Shown here one piece after another: positions 13,241 through 26,751 of a DNA stretch of 64,000 bases (its first letter is position 1; the number at the start of each line of letters is the position of its first letter). Both the position numbers and the translations under genes were made by a program. Where the stretch lies: the NCBI GenBank assembly GCA_965153455.1, contig OZ234493.1:31734213-31798212 (forward strand), written 5' to 3'. Below the pieces are notes generated by a model that ran no database searches, was not told the origin of the DNA, and saw only the letters and a program-made list of their open reading frames with translations. The stretch comes from Sphagnum compactum. Taxonomy: Eukaryota.

Positions 13241-15593
13241 ATGAAAATGGAAAATTAGCATGTTAATCGCACGCGGTTGGGGACAATGAAACTACACATG
13301 GACACCACAAGCTTGTTAATTAATATACTTCACTTGTTCAAAATTTTCAATATTTACCTTATGATAATCCAGTGGAAACAATGTGTAGTATTTTAGTTTG
13401 AATGTCATTACATTGCACTATCACGATCTGTTGAAGCTGATCCTAATTAGTCATGATCTACAAAAACTGATCTTGACCAGTCATAATCTGTTGAATTAGA
13501 CCTGAACCAACCAACCATGTTGTCCATGTTATGATCACCTCTTTCTATATTTCATGGAAACAATAACACAAACACAAAAGCAATAAGAACACAATCAAAA
13601 TGTGATAATGACAATACATCAACAAAAGAAGATAACATAATAATATAAGTAGTACATAATAACAAGATAACAACAACATTACATACCACAACAATACATC
13701 AACATATGAACAATAGGAACATTTCAACAAGGTAGGTTTAAAAATTCCTAAGAGTGTTATCTTAAGCCAAAACTGATATTTAATGGGCAAATTACTTACA
13801 TGAATATGAGTCTTTGTCCATTTTTTTTCAACTCTCCATTTGATATACTTTCACCCTTGCACCTCCCAGTTCTTACCATCTGCTCTTTTATTTTCAAATG
13901 CCATTGGATTCTTTGGACACCGTTTTAACATTTAAACACACAATTGTGCAATAACAAACAACCTAGCCAAGCCATCTTATCCATCTCCACCAAACACTTC
14001 ATGTGTGAAAAAAATGTCAAGATCAAAATATGTTAGAACTTCACTTCCTTTTCCTGATAAAACCCTAAAATGGTTTACATCCATCACTTTTCATTAGAAG
14101 TGTATGTGGTAAGATCTTATCCAACAAAGTGGGTGGGAAAGTTCAATTTCAAATTTTAGATGAATGTGGCATAAAGTATTTTCATCCATTCCATCCCTAG
14201 TAATAGTTTGTTAAAGGCCCAAACATGAATACACCCATTCATTCACATGTACAACTTTATGTTTGCAAGGTTTTTGTGGATGGGGTTACTGATGGTCAAA
14301 TGGTTGTTGCTTTGCTCCAGGAAATGCCCATCATTTTTTTGTGTTCATCGTTTCTTTTGCCTAAACCTAGAACTGGAACCTTGAGTTTTTTGACTTTATG
14401 GATAACTCTAATATGATAGAAAATTTAGGCATTCCAAAAAACCAGCCCAAATTTGAAAATTTTGACATCCAAGGCACTAGGGTAATAATTTCCTTAAATT
14501 TTGGCATCTCACACAAGTAATTAAACAATATGATATTTCCAAAGATAATTTTAATTATCACCAAACTTGAAAAGATATTATGATAATTCCAAAACAAAGA
14601 ACTAATTTACTCATTGAAATAAAGTCGAACATGTAAGTTTATTTGTCTCTAACCCACTTCCCAAAAGAATATTTGATCAAACTTGAACATTGTAACTAGG
14701 AAAACATGATCTTAGAAATATTTTGCATTTGAAAGCTTTGCTTCTTAGCATGTTGATACCATTGTTGCATGGGTGGGTACTTGGTTAGCAATTTAAGACT
14801 ACTAGTTCTAGTTTTAATCCATAAAAATCAAATTGAAATTGCATCCAATTTTTGGAATTCGGAACTCTAGAACCAAAATTGAATTCTTGGTTCTTTAAGA
14901 ACCTACACTAAAATGGAATCCAATTCTTGATTTTTAAAAAATCAAAATTGAACCAAAATCAAGTTCTTGATTTTTGAAAATCCAAAACTAACATTTTTTT
15001 TGAAAAAAAGGATTAGAACTAAAGGTTGATCAAAAGTTAATTAATAGTTAACCTTTGGTTTTAGTTCAAATTATCTTAAACATGTTTTGATTTTAAGATT
15101 CAAAACCAAAATATATTCAAATTTTATTTGTTTTTAAAACCAACTCATAAGCAAATTTTAGGTTCCATTTTTATCAAAACCAAAACCATTCTAATTTCTT
15201 TTTTTAAATTGGAACTAGAGGTTCTTCATAAATGTCAAGAACCACCCAACATTAATTGATATTCATAATTTTCTCACCATTTTAGTTAGTTTGTGCAACT
15301 TCTCACATTTTGAAAAATCACATAGACCTTAATAAGTTCAATTATCATTTAGCTCGTGCTTGAAACTACAACAACAACATAGAACCTTAGAAACCAAGGA
15401 ACCTTAAACCCTATTTAAACCTATGACATGTAAAAAAGCCCTTAAAACTCATAGACCAATTCTAAAGCTATGATTAGACAACCCTCGCTTTCCTTGAGTT
15501 AGGTCTATATCCAAGTCTTGAGAAAATTCTTCACTCAAGCCAAGTCTTGACATGTAGACTCATTGAGTCCAAATCTTTAAATCGACACTTATC

Positions 15594-15623
15594 AACCCTA
15601 AACCCTAAACCCTAAAACCTAAA
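15594..15623. repeat. Short interstitial plant telomeric repeat (CCCTAAA)n
   Basis: aaccctaaaccctaaaccctaaaacctaaa. A second short tract, ttaggtttagggtttagggttta, is at 27769-27791. Confidence 0.7.
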
Positions 15624-16257
15624 ATTGGCAAATGGTGGTGGAAAGTTCATTGTAAATCTTTGGTTTTTCTCACCTCCATTTCCCTCATTATTCCATTATC
15701 AAATTTCCAACAAATTGAAGTTCCCATATACGTACATTATCTACCATACCTAGGATTAATAATAATCAACACTTCTTTGTTGAATATTTGTTTTTTATTT
15801 GAAAAAACAAAGTTGAACAAATTTCAAATTTAATATTCTAGAACTTCAATAGTTGAATAATAAGTACACAAAATACACCTTGAGTTGTGTATTTGTAATA
15901 GTAACCCGATGGTTGAGACAATAAACAATTTTTTTAAAAAAAATTTGGCTCTCAAAATTTTTAGCAAATATTAATAAAAATTCTCCCCTTTTTCCGGTAA
16001 GACATTTTGAGAACTATTTTGTGAGAAGTAGGTTTAGTGTGTATTCATGTGAATATATTAAATCATAATTAATACGTATTCTTGTATATGAAATACGTCC
16101 AAGCGTATTCTACGCGTATAGTGTACATACGTTGTCCCGCCCGGGTGTGTGTGCAAGCGGCGGGGCTGGGCGATGCGCGAGGAGAGTGTGAGCGAGGCAG
16201 GGGACAGCAGGGAGCGTTGCGTGCGCACGCACAATCTCACAGCTCGCAAACTCTCGC

Positions 16258-19200
16258 ATGGCGCCTCTTCTGCGCACGACCCAACAATGGGTGGAGAAGT
16301 AGTACGTGTTGGAAACATTGAAAGCTCTTGTCGTCATGAATTTTTGCTTTGTGTTTCGTGCATTTGAAAGTGATCATATAATAAGAATCCCCCGTTTCCA
16401 AACAAGAGACAGTTGGAGACTGGCGCGTGAAAAAAGAAGACGGCGGGATGGAATAATGGAGTGTCTTCACTACTCTTCTCAAATCTTTTCTGTGTGTGTT
16501 TTTGCACTGTTTCTTTACGAAATGAAAGAAGGAAGGAAGGAAGGAAGGAGGCGCTTACTTATAGGGGGTTTTTTTTTGGTTTGTGTGTTTTGGGTGAGGG
16601 GTTTTCAGCCGGCCGAGAAAGGTGCAGGACGTGGCACATCAAGAGGAAGTTGTGCGGACTCTTGTCAACACGCTCGAGACCGGCAATGTGAGTCCTCAAA
16701 AGTGTGTCGTTCCTCTGTATTCTCTCTTTTTTGTTGATGGGTTTTTTATCAATCCCGATGGGTTCTGAAAGTTCTCAGTTTAGAACGGAAAATGGGTAAG
16801 AGAGATCTCATTGCGAGAGTAATATGGGGGCGGAGAGTTGCAGCTACCGCATCTTTTATTCTATGGTCCTCCCGGTACTGGCAAAACCACAACCGCACTT
16901 GCAATTGCGCATCAGCTATTTGGGTAAGCTCCCTTGCTTTTCCTGCTGAATGAGGTTCATTTTTTGGACCGAAGAGTGCTCATCTTCACGCAACCAAATG
17001 GTAGCAGTCACTTGCAAAAATGGCATCTTTGTGATCTTTTCTCAGTCTACAATCTGCTGGTAAGGAGTCATAGTACTGCATCAGGTTCATTTTAGGGTTT
17101 GGGGTTTAGAGTACTGTATCATGTTCATTCTAGGGCAGATTTTGAGTCAAGGCATATGGACGAGGACTTGTTAGGCTCTGAGGGTAGTCATTCATTTTCA
17201 CAAAATTGGGAAGAAAGAAAGAAAACACTTGAGGAAGCTAATCAACTCTTGGGTCTTACTCAATTGTCTAGAATTGTTCTCAACTGAGTGCACTTTGCCA
17301 AATGAATTTGATCTTTGCGTTCACAATGCTTTGGTCTTGCCATGGATGACAGTCCAGAGCTCTACAAAAGTCGAGTATTGGAGCTGAATGCCAGTGATGA
17401 TCGTGGAATTAGCATTGTGCGAACTATGATCAAGGATTTTGCAGCTGTTGCGGTTGGTTCAGGCATAAGGTCTTCTCATTATCCAGCATTCTGCATTCTC
17501 AGTTGTTTTCCTTAAATTTTTCTTTTTAGGTTTCTTTCTGTGATAGCATTGCATTTTGTGCAGTTCAGTTTGCTATAACCTTGATATTGTAGAGGCAGAC
17601 ATGAGCAGGAGGGCTCATTTGCTGGGCTCTCACCCTCCTTCTTGATCTTCCTTTACCATCCTCTGCTGCATGCATTTTTTATCTCACACATGGATCCTGA
17701 ATACTGGTGTACTCCAGTTTGATGATGAAAGACCATAGGGGAACATCTCTCAAGAACAGAAAATTGTTTGGGGATGTCTGTGCAGTGGATATCCATGCCC
17801 TCCTTTCAAGATCATCATTCTGGATGAGGCAGACTCTATGACTGAAGATGCTCAGGTCCAGTTCTTACATGCTCTGCTCATAGTGCACTGTTTGGGTTGC
17901 CAAATCTGATTTCCACTCAGCTGTGTCTCTCGTTTTCTTTCTGCACATCAGAGATTTGTATTTTGTAATGATCATTCCACCTGGAAATTGTCATGAGGTC
18001 CAGTAACAGAAATTTGGTGGTATTGCTAGGACAGAATGCATTGCGGCGAACAATGGAGACCTACTCTAAAGTCACACGCTTCTGCTTCATCTGCAATTAT
18101 ATTAGCCGGTGAGTTATTTCTGTCTCTCTTAATCCTGTTATCTCTCCTACTCATTACCTGTGCACTCATCTTGGAAAGGTGTCCAGAAGCTTCAGATTGT
18201 GTTAAAACAACCAAGTTTGCAATGGTTTCACTGAATTCTCTCAACCAATGTTGCATCCTGCATGATCAGCTTCTTGTATTGATCACATGTGCAGAATAAT
18301 AGAGCCCTTGGCATCAAGGTGTGCCAAGTTTAGGTTCAAACCACTCCATGAAGACATAATGTTGGGGAGAATACAGTACATTTGTCAAGAGGAAGGCCTG
18401 GATCTTGATCAAGAGGTATGCATTCCTGACCTGTTTGGGTGGTGTAAATGAAGACTAGTGGCATAGAAAGTGCTGTCTTGTGGGTTATCTCCAGCCATAC
18501 AAGGGCTATATCCTTCAAAGTAGACACTACCCCATTTTGCTGCATGAAATATATTGAGCTGTATCTGGAAGTCTCATCGTTGGTATCTGTTGCTTTAAGC
18601 ACGTGTAGGCCTTATCAACTCTTAGTAGGGTGTCAGAAGGTGATTTGCGACGTGCAATTACCTACCTGCAGGTGTGGCCTCTGATCATTTGGTTATTGAT
18701 GTAAGTTGCTGTGTGATGTTGTTGATAAGGTACAACTTGCAATTATTTCTTGAAAGAGATTGGAGAATTGGAGAAAGCAATTTCCACTTTCTCTCTTCTG
18801 GGCATATATGCTCTGGTGGACAGCCTCAATCAAACATTTTACTTTAGTTTTGAGGGAATCCTAATGCCACTCAGGCTGTTGGTGCAGAGTGCAGCTCGCA
18901 TGTATGGCTCGTCAATCTCCAGTGACAATATCATTGGTGTCTCTGGGGTATTTACTTTGTTTCAGACCTAAAGTCCTTCTGCATCTCTTATTATGTCAAA
19001 TGACATGTGATGTATGTGTCATAATCTAGTGACCATTTGGTCTGTGTCCCATATGCAGATTGTTCCTGATGATGTACTTAAAAGACTGGTTCAAGCATGC
19101 AAAAGTGGGGAATTTGACCTGGCACACACAGAGGTCACTGAGATCATTGCTGAGGGTCACCCCGTATCTCAGATCTTCTCTCAGGTCTTTTCCTTGGACA

Positions 19201-19845
19201 TAATTGCGATGCTTAACAGGGACCACATGCATATAGCTTGACATTAGTTTTGTTTCTCCTCCTACTTTGTGTTGGGGAGAAGTGTAGATGATGGGGGACT
19301 TAGTAGTGGAGCTTGAAGAAATGTCTTACTGGAACCACTGAAAGGAGAGGTCTCATGAAGTAAGAGAAGGCCCTTGTCTCTTCAGAGCTCTGGACCAGGG
19401 CTGTAATGTAGATGGTTTCACAATCTTGAAAACTCAGACTGTGTTGTGTTGTAATCAAATGTGTTTGTTGAGTTGTGCAGCTTTTTGATTATGTCATCCA
19501 ATCTACAGAGATGTCTGATGAACAGAAGGCACGAGTCTGTGAGAGGCTTGCCGAGGCTGATAAGGTAAATACCCTCAACCTCTTTTCTAGCCTGTTCCTG
19601 AGAGTTGTGGCATGTAATGCTCAAGAAATCTGAAGCTCTTCAAACCTTTTCAACTGAGGCATATTGGGAAGGGAGATTTGTTTATTTTGCATGATTGTGG
19701 GTCCCATCAACTAATGAGGCCAAGAGGGTTTTGTTTTGAACAGTGTCTGATCGATGGAGCTGATGAGTACCTGCAATTGATAGATGTTGCCAGCAACACC
19801 ATGCGTGCTCTTAGCAATGTGACCCAAGAGTGTACATACTTCTGA
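16258..19845 (+). CDS. RFC4: Replication factor C small subunit (RFC4-type, AAA+ clamp loader), 12 exons
   Basis: Exons 16258-16301, 16609-16687, 16844-16923, 17353-17469, 17786-17855, 18035-18108, 18295-18415, 18609-18671, 18888-18947, 19059-19184, 19481-19564, 19744-19845, all GT-AG. Protein: [17 protein letters not shown]...[11 protein letters not shown] (Walker A)...[10 protein letters not shown]...IIILDEAD (Walker B)...ASRC...[11 protein letters not shown]...DGADEYLQL. Confidence 0.96.
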
Positions 19846-20949
19846 AATGTCCTCCTGCCACAACTGCCCACCTGGGTTTGGATGTCATATATGTTGAGAG
19901 CAGAGAATGGGGGCTTTCACCATTGGGGTCATATTTTGATGCATGACAACAAAGTAATTTGTCATTAGACTGCTGTTCCTCATCAAAATTGTCAACAAAG
20001 CTAAGAATGTTCTCCCCTGACGTCTTGTAGTAAAATGGAAGAAGCAATGTGAAGCTTCAAGAGCAAGTTGATTTTGTAATCATAGCTTCATAGAAGTCAA
20101 ATTTTGCAGAGTTTGGTAGAGATTGTCTGTCTAGGAAACTTGGTATGATCGATATCAGATACCAGATAACACTTTTCTCGGGTTCTTGGGATTCATGTAT
20201 CTCCACTTTTTTAGACCAACAAATTTCCCATATTCACTGTCATGCAAGTTTTTACATGCAATCCCCATTGATTGTGATGAACATAGGAATGGCCTTGGAG
20301 TCCATTGATTTTTTATGTAGAAAGTTAACAACTTAAAATTGCAGACATGAGAGCTTACCTTTGAAATTTTCCAACGGAAGACCATATAGATTCCAAAAAA
20401 TCACCCATATACCAATTCTTCAAAAAAAATTGTCACTAGAATTTGCTCCCATCCTAACAATTTTGTAGGCCCCAATCTCAAATAACATCTATTAATTCTA
20501 GCAATGATATATTGAAGTTAATATACGTGGGGGTTTTACATGATTTATATATATGGTGTGCAACTAAACAATTCCATGTTGTAACCTTTTCATATTTTCC
20601 TTTTCATATCGTCAAATTGAACATTGTCTTTGTCCTCCAAAGAGACACCAACACATTTCAATTTTTAAAAACTTTTTTCACAAGTTAAAAATTTGTTTCA
20701 ATTTTTTTTTTCACATGTTCATATTTAATGATTTTTTGTGTGTCATTTTTTTCATTTTTTAGAAGGTAAAAAAAAATCAATAATAAAACACTTTTTACAT
20801 TGATTTTTTTTCTCAAAAGAAATTTCAAATTTAAAAAAAAATCACCAACCAACATGGATGTTATTGTTTGTTGTCCAAACATGAGGCCAAAGGAAAAGCT
20901 ATGGATTTATGAAATGTACTTTAATAATTAAATGAACCATTTAATTTAC

Positions 20950-21530
20950 AATGATGCATCAAATTTTATAATAATTTAACACATATTACATTACTGATGA
21001 TTTTTTCTAATCTATATTGCACAAAATTTTAAAAATAATCTTTAATATCTCAAATTGTCACAACAATTGCGTAAGACTTAATGAAACAATTTTTTATTTG
21101 TTTAAATGTTCCTACATTGTGTTCCAAAATTGAACAATAACCTTTTAAAGATTGGGTGTTTCATAATACATTTCAGTATTGAAGAGTTTGAAAGGTAAAT
21201 TCCACTTTAGTTCCAATAATGCATCAAATTTTATTTTGAAATCATGTTGGAAGATTTGTGTGAAAAATTAAATTCATATATCTAATCATTTGCAGTATAT
21301 TTAAATTATAATATAAGGACAAACAAAAAAAATTGTATGCATTTTTAATATTGTAAGTGATTGATGTTACTCTCCAATTTTCATTTACAAAGATGCATCA
21401 AATTGTTAAATTATTGATGAAGCCCGAAAATTTGAAATTTGAAATTGTCACAATAATTGCATAAGACCAAATGAAATAAATTTTAAAAATTAAAATGTTC
21501 GTACATTGTGTTCCAATTTTGAACAATAAC
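20950..21530. repeat. Dispersed AT-rich repeat; inverted, diverged relative at ~51320-52110
   Basis: 'ttccaaaattgaacaataacctt' and 'ttttgaaatcatgttggaagattt' are reverse complements of 'aaggttattgttcaattttggaa' (~51880) and 'aaatcttccaacatgatttcaaaa' (~51756). Confidence 0.7.
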
Positions 21531-24500
21531 ATTATAGGGATTGAATGCCTTTTTCTCCAAACTATAATATTATGTAACATCTTTTTGGTTCATAAAAATC
21601 AAAACATTTAAAAAATTGATTTGGAAATCATGATTTAAAACATACTTCTACATAATATTTCATTATTAAGGATTGTTAAAGACTTAATGCTTGTCTTGGA
21701 TTGGTTATTTTCTATTTTGTTTTGACCCCCGCATTAATTTATTATTTGTGGTTATGATGGGGTGGGGCCAATAGAAGTTCCTTTTGCAAATTGATGAAAT
21801 GAACTCAAGTAAAAAACCTTTTTTTTAGGAGGCGAAAACAAAAATGATTCACATGTCCACATATCTTGAGTTCATTAACATGAACTTTTTTCTTTGTTAG
21901 AAATTTGCTTGTCTTTTTTAATTCTTTTTGTTTTTGTAAGTCTTGAATCTTGAATATAAATTTTTTATATGGAAAAATTAGGTTATGAAATTTTACTTTA
22001 TTCATTTTTCATTTAGTTAAGAATTTTTTTCGTAAAAAATATTAGTAACTTATTTGGTTATTCATGATATTGTAAAATGACCCAAAATATGTTTTGGCTT
22101 TCAAGATTATGTATTTTTTCAAAATGAAAACATGGATTTTCTTTTGATCAACCAATAGTTATTTGGATTGTTATTTCTCCACGTATTGTTTATTTTTACA
22201 AAAATAAAATAAATAGGTCTATAATATATTGGATTTGATATAACTCTTTCCCTTTATTATGATCCACTTGGTAATAAATCAAATTATTTTGGAATAATCA
22301 TTTGTTCTCTTGTCTAATTTTAGCACAAGAATTTTCTACGTTTCATTTGCTTTGAATTATTTCTGAAAACAAAGAAATTTTGTTTGCATATCTTTTTTTT
22401 TCCAAATAGGAAATGAAAGGCTTTTGATTTGAAGGAATTTTGTTTATTCTAATCATTCACAATTTGCAAGGTGGTAATGTGGTTTCATTCTTCATGTATG
22501 CAAAACTTCAAGCAGACCAAAATTGGTGTGGCTTTTGGAATTTATCAAAATCGAAAATAAGGAACCATTATTTTGTCCCATTACCACCACAATCTAGTGC
22601 ATTTTAACATGCATACAAGACAAATATGTCCACAAGAATCTCTAAAAACTCGATATAAAAGTTAGGGGAACCATATTGATGATGATGGTGAAATTTGCTA
22701 CTATTTTTCGGGAATTTTGACAATTGAAGATTATACACGTTTAATGGATGAATCTTTGTTGAATGTGAAAAAAAGATTGACTAACTTTTTCAAAATTCAC
22801 AAATTGTTCATCTCCTCATGTTGGAAGATGATGCAATGATGCAAAAGAATTAAAGGAAGTTGCAATGTTGGTTAGTCCTTTGGATGCAATGTTAACAAAG
22901 TCTAACATGACTCAAGCCAAAAATATCCTTATTTCACCAAGTATAATAGTTTCCAACCACATGGTTTTGGCAAGATTTCCAATATTAAAAGCTGAATTTG
23001 TTGTTTGTGAAGTCTTTAAAAAAATAAAATCGCCTAAAACAAAGTAGATCATGTAGTTCTTAGGAGATTCAATGAAGCGCCTTCAATTCCTTTTTTCCCT
23101 TATAGAGTAGTGGAGTTGGATGATTCAAATGCACATTGCATTTAAATGTGGATATTACAAAACATCAACTTGGTCCAATGCCAATTTCTATACATGTGTG
23201 CGCTTCACAGACAAATGTTTTGAAAAAGGAAGTACATACTTGCAAAAAACTTGTTGAATCACGTACGTCTATAATCAAAACGAATGATTATTCGAACATT
23301 TTTTTCCCACTTGAACTTTTTTAACATAAAAAATGTCCTAGTGTTGAAATTATGTTTTACACTAAGTAAGACCTAAGTACAAGTCATAATATGGACAATA
23401 TACACAAAAAAATTTTGGAGTTGTTAGAGGCCATTTATTAGATGCGGATGTGGTGGGATCACTACATATGGTTCATGTTGAAAATTTTAAACTTCTTTTT
23501 CCCAAATAACAAGTATTAGTCATACAAGGCACCTACAAGGCATTTAATACAATACCTTTTTCATTTGTTTCAAGCCTAGGAATTTTAACAACCATATCTT
23601 TCTCTTTCATTAGAGAAATGATGATTGTTGTTCTAAAGGAATTTGTCAAAATTTAAATGGGAAATTGCTTTGTGATTATCCATGTACTCAAGGAATGCAT
23701 AAATTTGAAAAACTTTTCAAACCAATGAGTTTTTCAATTTCTAACCCAAAGGCTCCCATGGGAAATGCCAATCATTAAGTTGTAGAAAAATTCGTGGGTC
23801 ACAATCATGGGACAATTCGTGGAAGCAAATTAATCCACAAATTGAAGAAGTGAGTTTCACATTTGAGGGAAATGAGTTTCAGGGAAAATCACTGTGGTAG
23901 ATATTACAGCCATTTAGGAAGATGCAATTTTGCTTATAAGTGCAAAAAATTTAACATAGGAAGATTAAGATTTTACATCTCAAAATTCAACAAGTAAGGA
24001 ACATGTTAGTTTTCAAAGTTGTATTCACAACCTATTTAAACATTTTCCCCCAACTCAAACCATGAAGAAAATTAACATGTGAAAATTTCATGAGGAAGTT
24101 TTGACCTCCTTTGGCTTGAATTTCCTTATTTCTTATCTAAACTCCATGATTTTTTGTTAGAGATACTTTGAATTAAACAAAACAATTTTATATAGACTAA
24201 TAGTTGTGTTCCAAAATTTTTGTTTTATAGACTTTGAGAAAAAATTTAACTTGTTGTTCAAAGCATATTTTAAATCCATTGATTTTTAAAAAAAATTGTT
24301 TTGACCTTTCCCAAGCTCTGGTTTTCTTTCTCCTTCTCCCTTTTTTTTTCTTTGTGAGTATGTGAAGTGCATGTAAGTGTATGTCAAAAGTAACAAGCTC
24401 TAAAATGTAGCTAAAAAAAAACAAGTTTTGTGCAAGTCATGTGTGCATGCTTTGTGTACATGCGTCTAGAAGAAAAATGGATTTTTTCGACTTGTCCAAA

Positions 24501-25379
24501 GCAACTAATTTTTGTCGCATGCAACTAAAACACTAGTCACCTTGGACAAAAATAGTTGCAAAAGTTGGTTACAAAACCCTAGTTTTCTTCTAGTATATGT
24601 TGCCCAATGCTACATTTAAAAAACACACTAACTAACTTTAGTTAAAGTTTGGAAAATTTCAATTAAAGGTGTTGACTTACTTTTGTAAATTTGTTTAGGG
24701 CACTATCTTGTTAAAATTAGGTCCATGTATGCTAATAAGAAATGAACATTCCACATGTAGATGTGATTTTATTTAATATTGTAGTACATAAGCAACTTCA
24801 ACACTTCTGTGGCAAATAATTAGTATAAATTTTAAAATTAATTTGGTGTTTGTATTTTTAGTTTTGAAATTTTTGGCAAAGATGGAATACAACTAATAAA
24901 ACCACATATGTCTTTAAAACTTTCTTGATATCCTAATGGCTAAATGTTTCAAATTCAACATTATTTCCTTAAATAAGGCCAAAGTTTGAATTTGGCTGCT
25001 TAGAAAACTTGCATTAGCATAATGATGATTATGGTTTTTGAAATTTTCACATAAAGTTTTGATTTGTTTCAGAGATTCAACAAAATGAAAAATAATTTAA
25101 TGTATGAAAAAGTTGCCAAGGTATTATAATATCAAATTTATTCTTTGATACAAATGTTACCTCTAAATGAATTGGGGTAAATATCACATCCAATGAAATA
25201 TATTAACTAAATGTTGATTAAAATATGTCATACGTCCAAAAGTTAAGTGTTTGAAGTTACACATATATTTAAATAAAAGTAACATGGTAAAGGTAACTTG
25301 ATAGGATGTTGATATCTAACACTTTCATTCAACAAGCTATCAAGTTATGCATTTAACCAAACCCATCAAACACAGAAAA

Positions 25380-25700
25380 TGCTAATGTTTGCCACATATT
25401 ATGGCTTGGTCGATATATTTAAAATCAACATGTTTTATGTGATGCAATACACCAATTTGATGAAGCCTTTTAAAATTTTTGTCTTGCACAAAATGATGAC
25501 GAATTTCAATATGTTTCGTGTGGATATGAAAGGTTTGATGATTTGATAGAAATGTATAGATTTGATTCTTGTCATATATCACAATGGGTTTCATTTATGG
25601 CTAAACAATACTCATACAAATAATGAAAAACCTAGTTCTTTAAGAAGTTGCCAAATACACAACTTAAGGTTGGTTTACACCTTGAGTTAAGTTATTTCTA
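25380..25700 (-). mobile_element. Ty1/copia LTR retrotransposon RNase H remnant
   Basis: 'KPIVIYDKNQ...NHQTFHIHTKHIEIRHHFVQDK' matches the copia RNase H motif P..IY.DNQ....N..FH.RTKHI.IR.HF; the sequence is frameshifted. Confidence 0.8.
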
Positions 25701-26254
25701 AGTTATGAGAAAAACATTATTACACATCTCTACCCAATGTTATCATTAATATAAGGCCTTATGAAAAATTTGATGTGACATTTTTTTTGTAGAATGTTAA
25801 AAGACATTATTATGAAATGGTAATTTAACAAATTTAATTTCAACATTTGTGCATAAACTTAATGCTAAAATAAAACCCAAAAATGAAGAAATGATTTTAT
25901 GTTAAATTTTATGTCTATCATCCATTTGAAGGTTCTTCTCCCTCTTCCTTGTGTTTGAACAAAAAATGTTAACTATCAAGTGATGAACATCACACTTCAA
26001 ACAATGTGCATTTTCAATCAAACATCTATTACAATTGGAAAAGATACATAGGAAAAAAGAAATGTGTGTGAGTGGCTTTGAAAAATTTGTGGGCACGAGC
26101 ATTGGAACAAAAAATGGACATTGAAAGTAGCAAGCATGCATGAGTGTGGCCTAGGAGAATTTGTAGGTGCAAGCATTGGACTAACAAATAAACATAAAAA
26201 ACAAAAGCAGTTGTGGGTGTCACCTAGAAAAATTCACATGCACAAACATTGTAA

Positions 26255-26751
26255 TAACAAGGTGTGTTATACACAATGGCCTTGCCATTAATTTAATATC
26301 AAAAATTGATATTTATGATAAATTGGTCATAGCTAGGGGTAATTTTTTAAAAATCTATTTTAATGTACATCACGTTGTTGTAAAAGAAAAAAATTCATGA
26401 TTTTTTTTTTTTCATTTTTTTACATCACATTAGTTATGAGGAACTTGAAAGGGATTTCACATTAAATGATGACATGTTCTATGAACCTATTCAAACATTT
26501 AGTTTTTTTACCAAACCAAAACCAATAGGGAAATGTCGCAACATGATTTTAAAGTTATTTGCAAATCTAATGAATTTTTTCTAAAAAAAATGATCAAATA
26601 TTTTCTTTTCATATTTATTTTTCACATTTGTGCAAAATTTCAAACCAAAAAAAAAGAATCGTCATGACACGTGTATTTGAATGTTTTCAATCACATTGTC
26701 ACATTTTGAAAAAATTACATGAATTTTGGGTATGATGATTGCCATAATCAT
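26255..26751. repeat. Dispersed AT-rich repeat, copy 2 (copy 1 at 5730-6257)
   Basis: Aligns by eye with 5730-6257 along its length. Confidence 0.85.

Noticed and set aside
15594-15623. Telomerase RNA template or true telomere
   Set aside because: Only 3-4 internal repeats in repeat-rich DNA, with no recognisable USE/TATA promoter or TR structure.
17420-17435. RFC4 'RTMIK' where 'RTKIK' is usual
   Set aside because: A single substitution outside the Walker and SRC motifs; the gene is otherwise intact, so this is not evidence of pseudogenisation.
22300-24150. Possible decayed transposon coding sequence
   Set aside because: It has a coding-like texture, but I could not read a diagnostic motif, so it is left unannotated. 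The same applies to 27000-27750 and 42300-43250.
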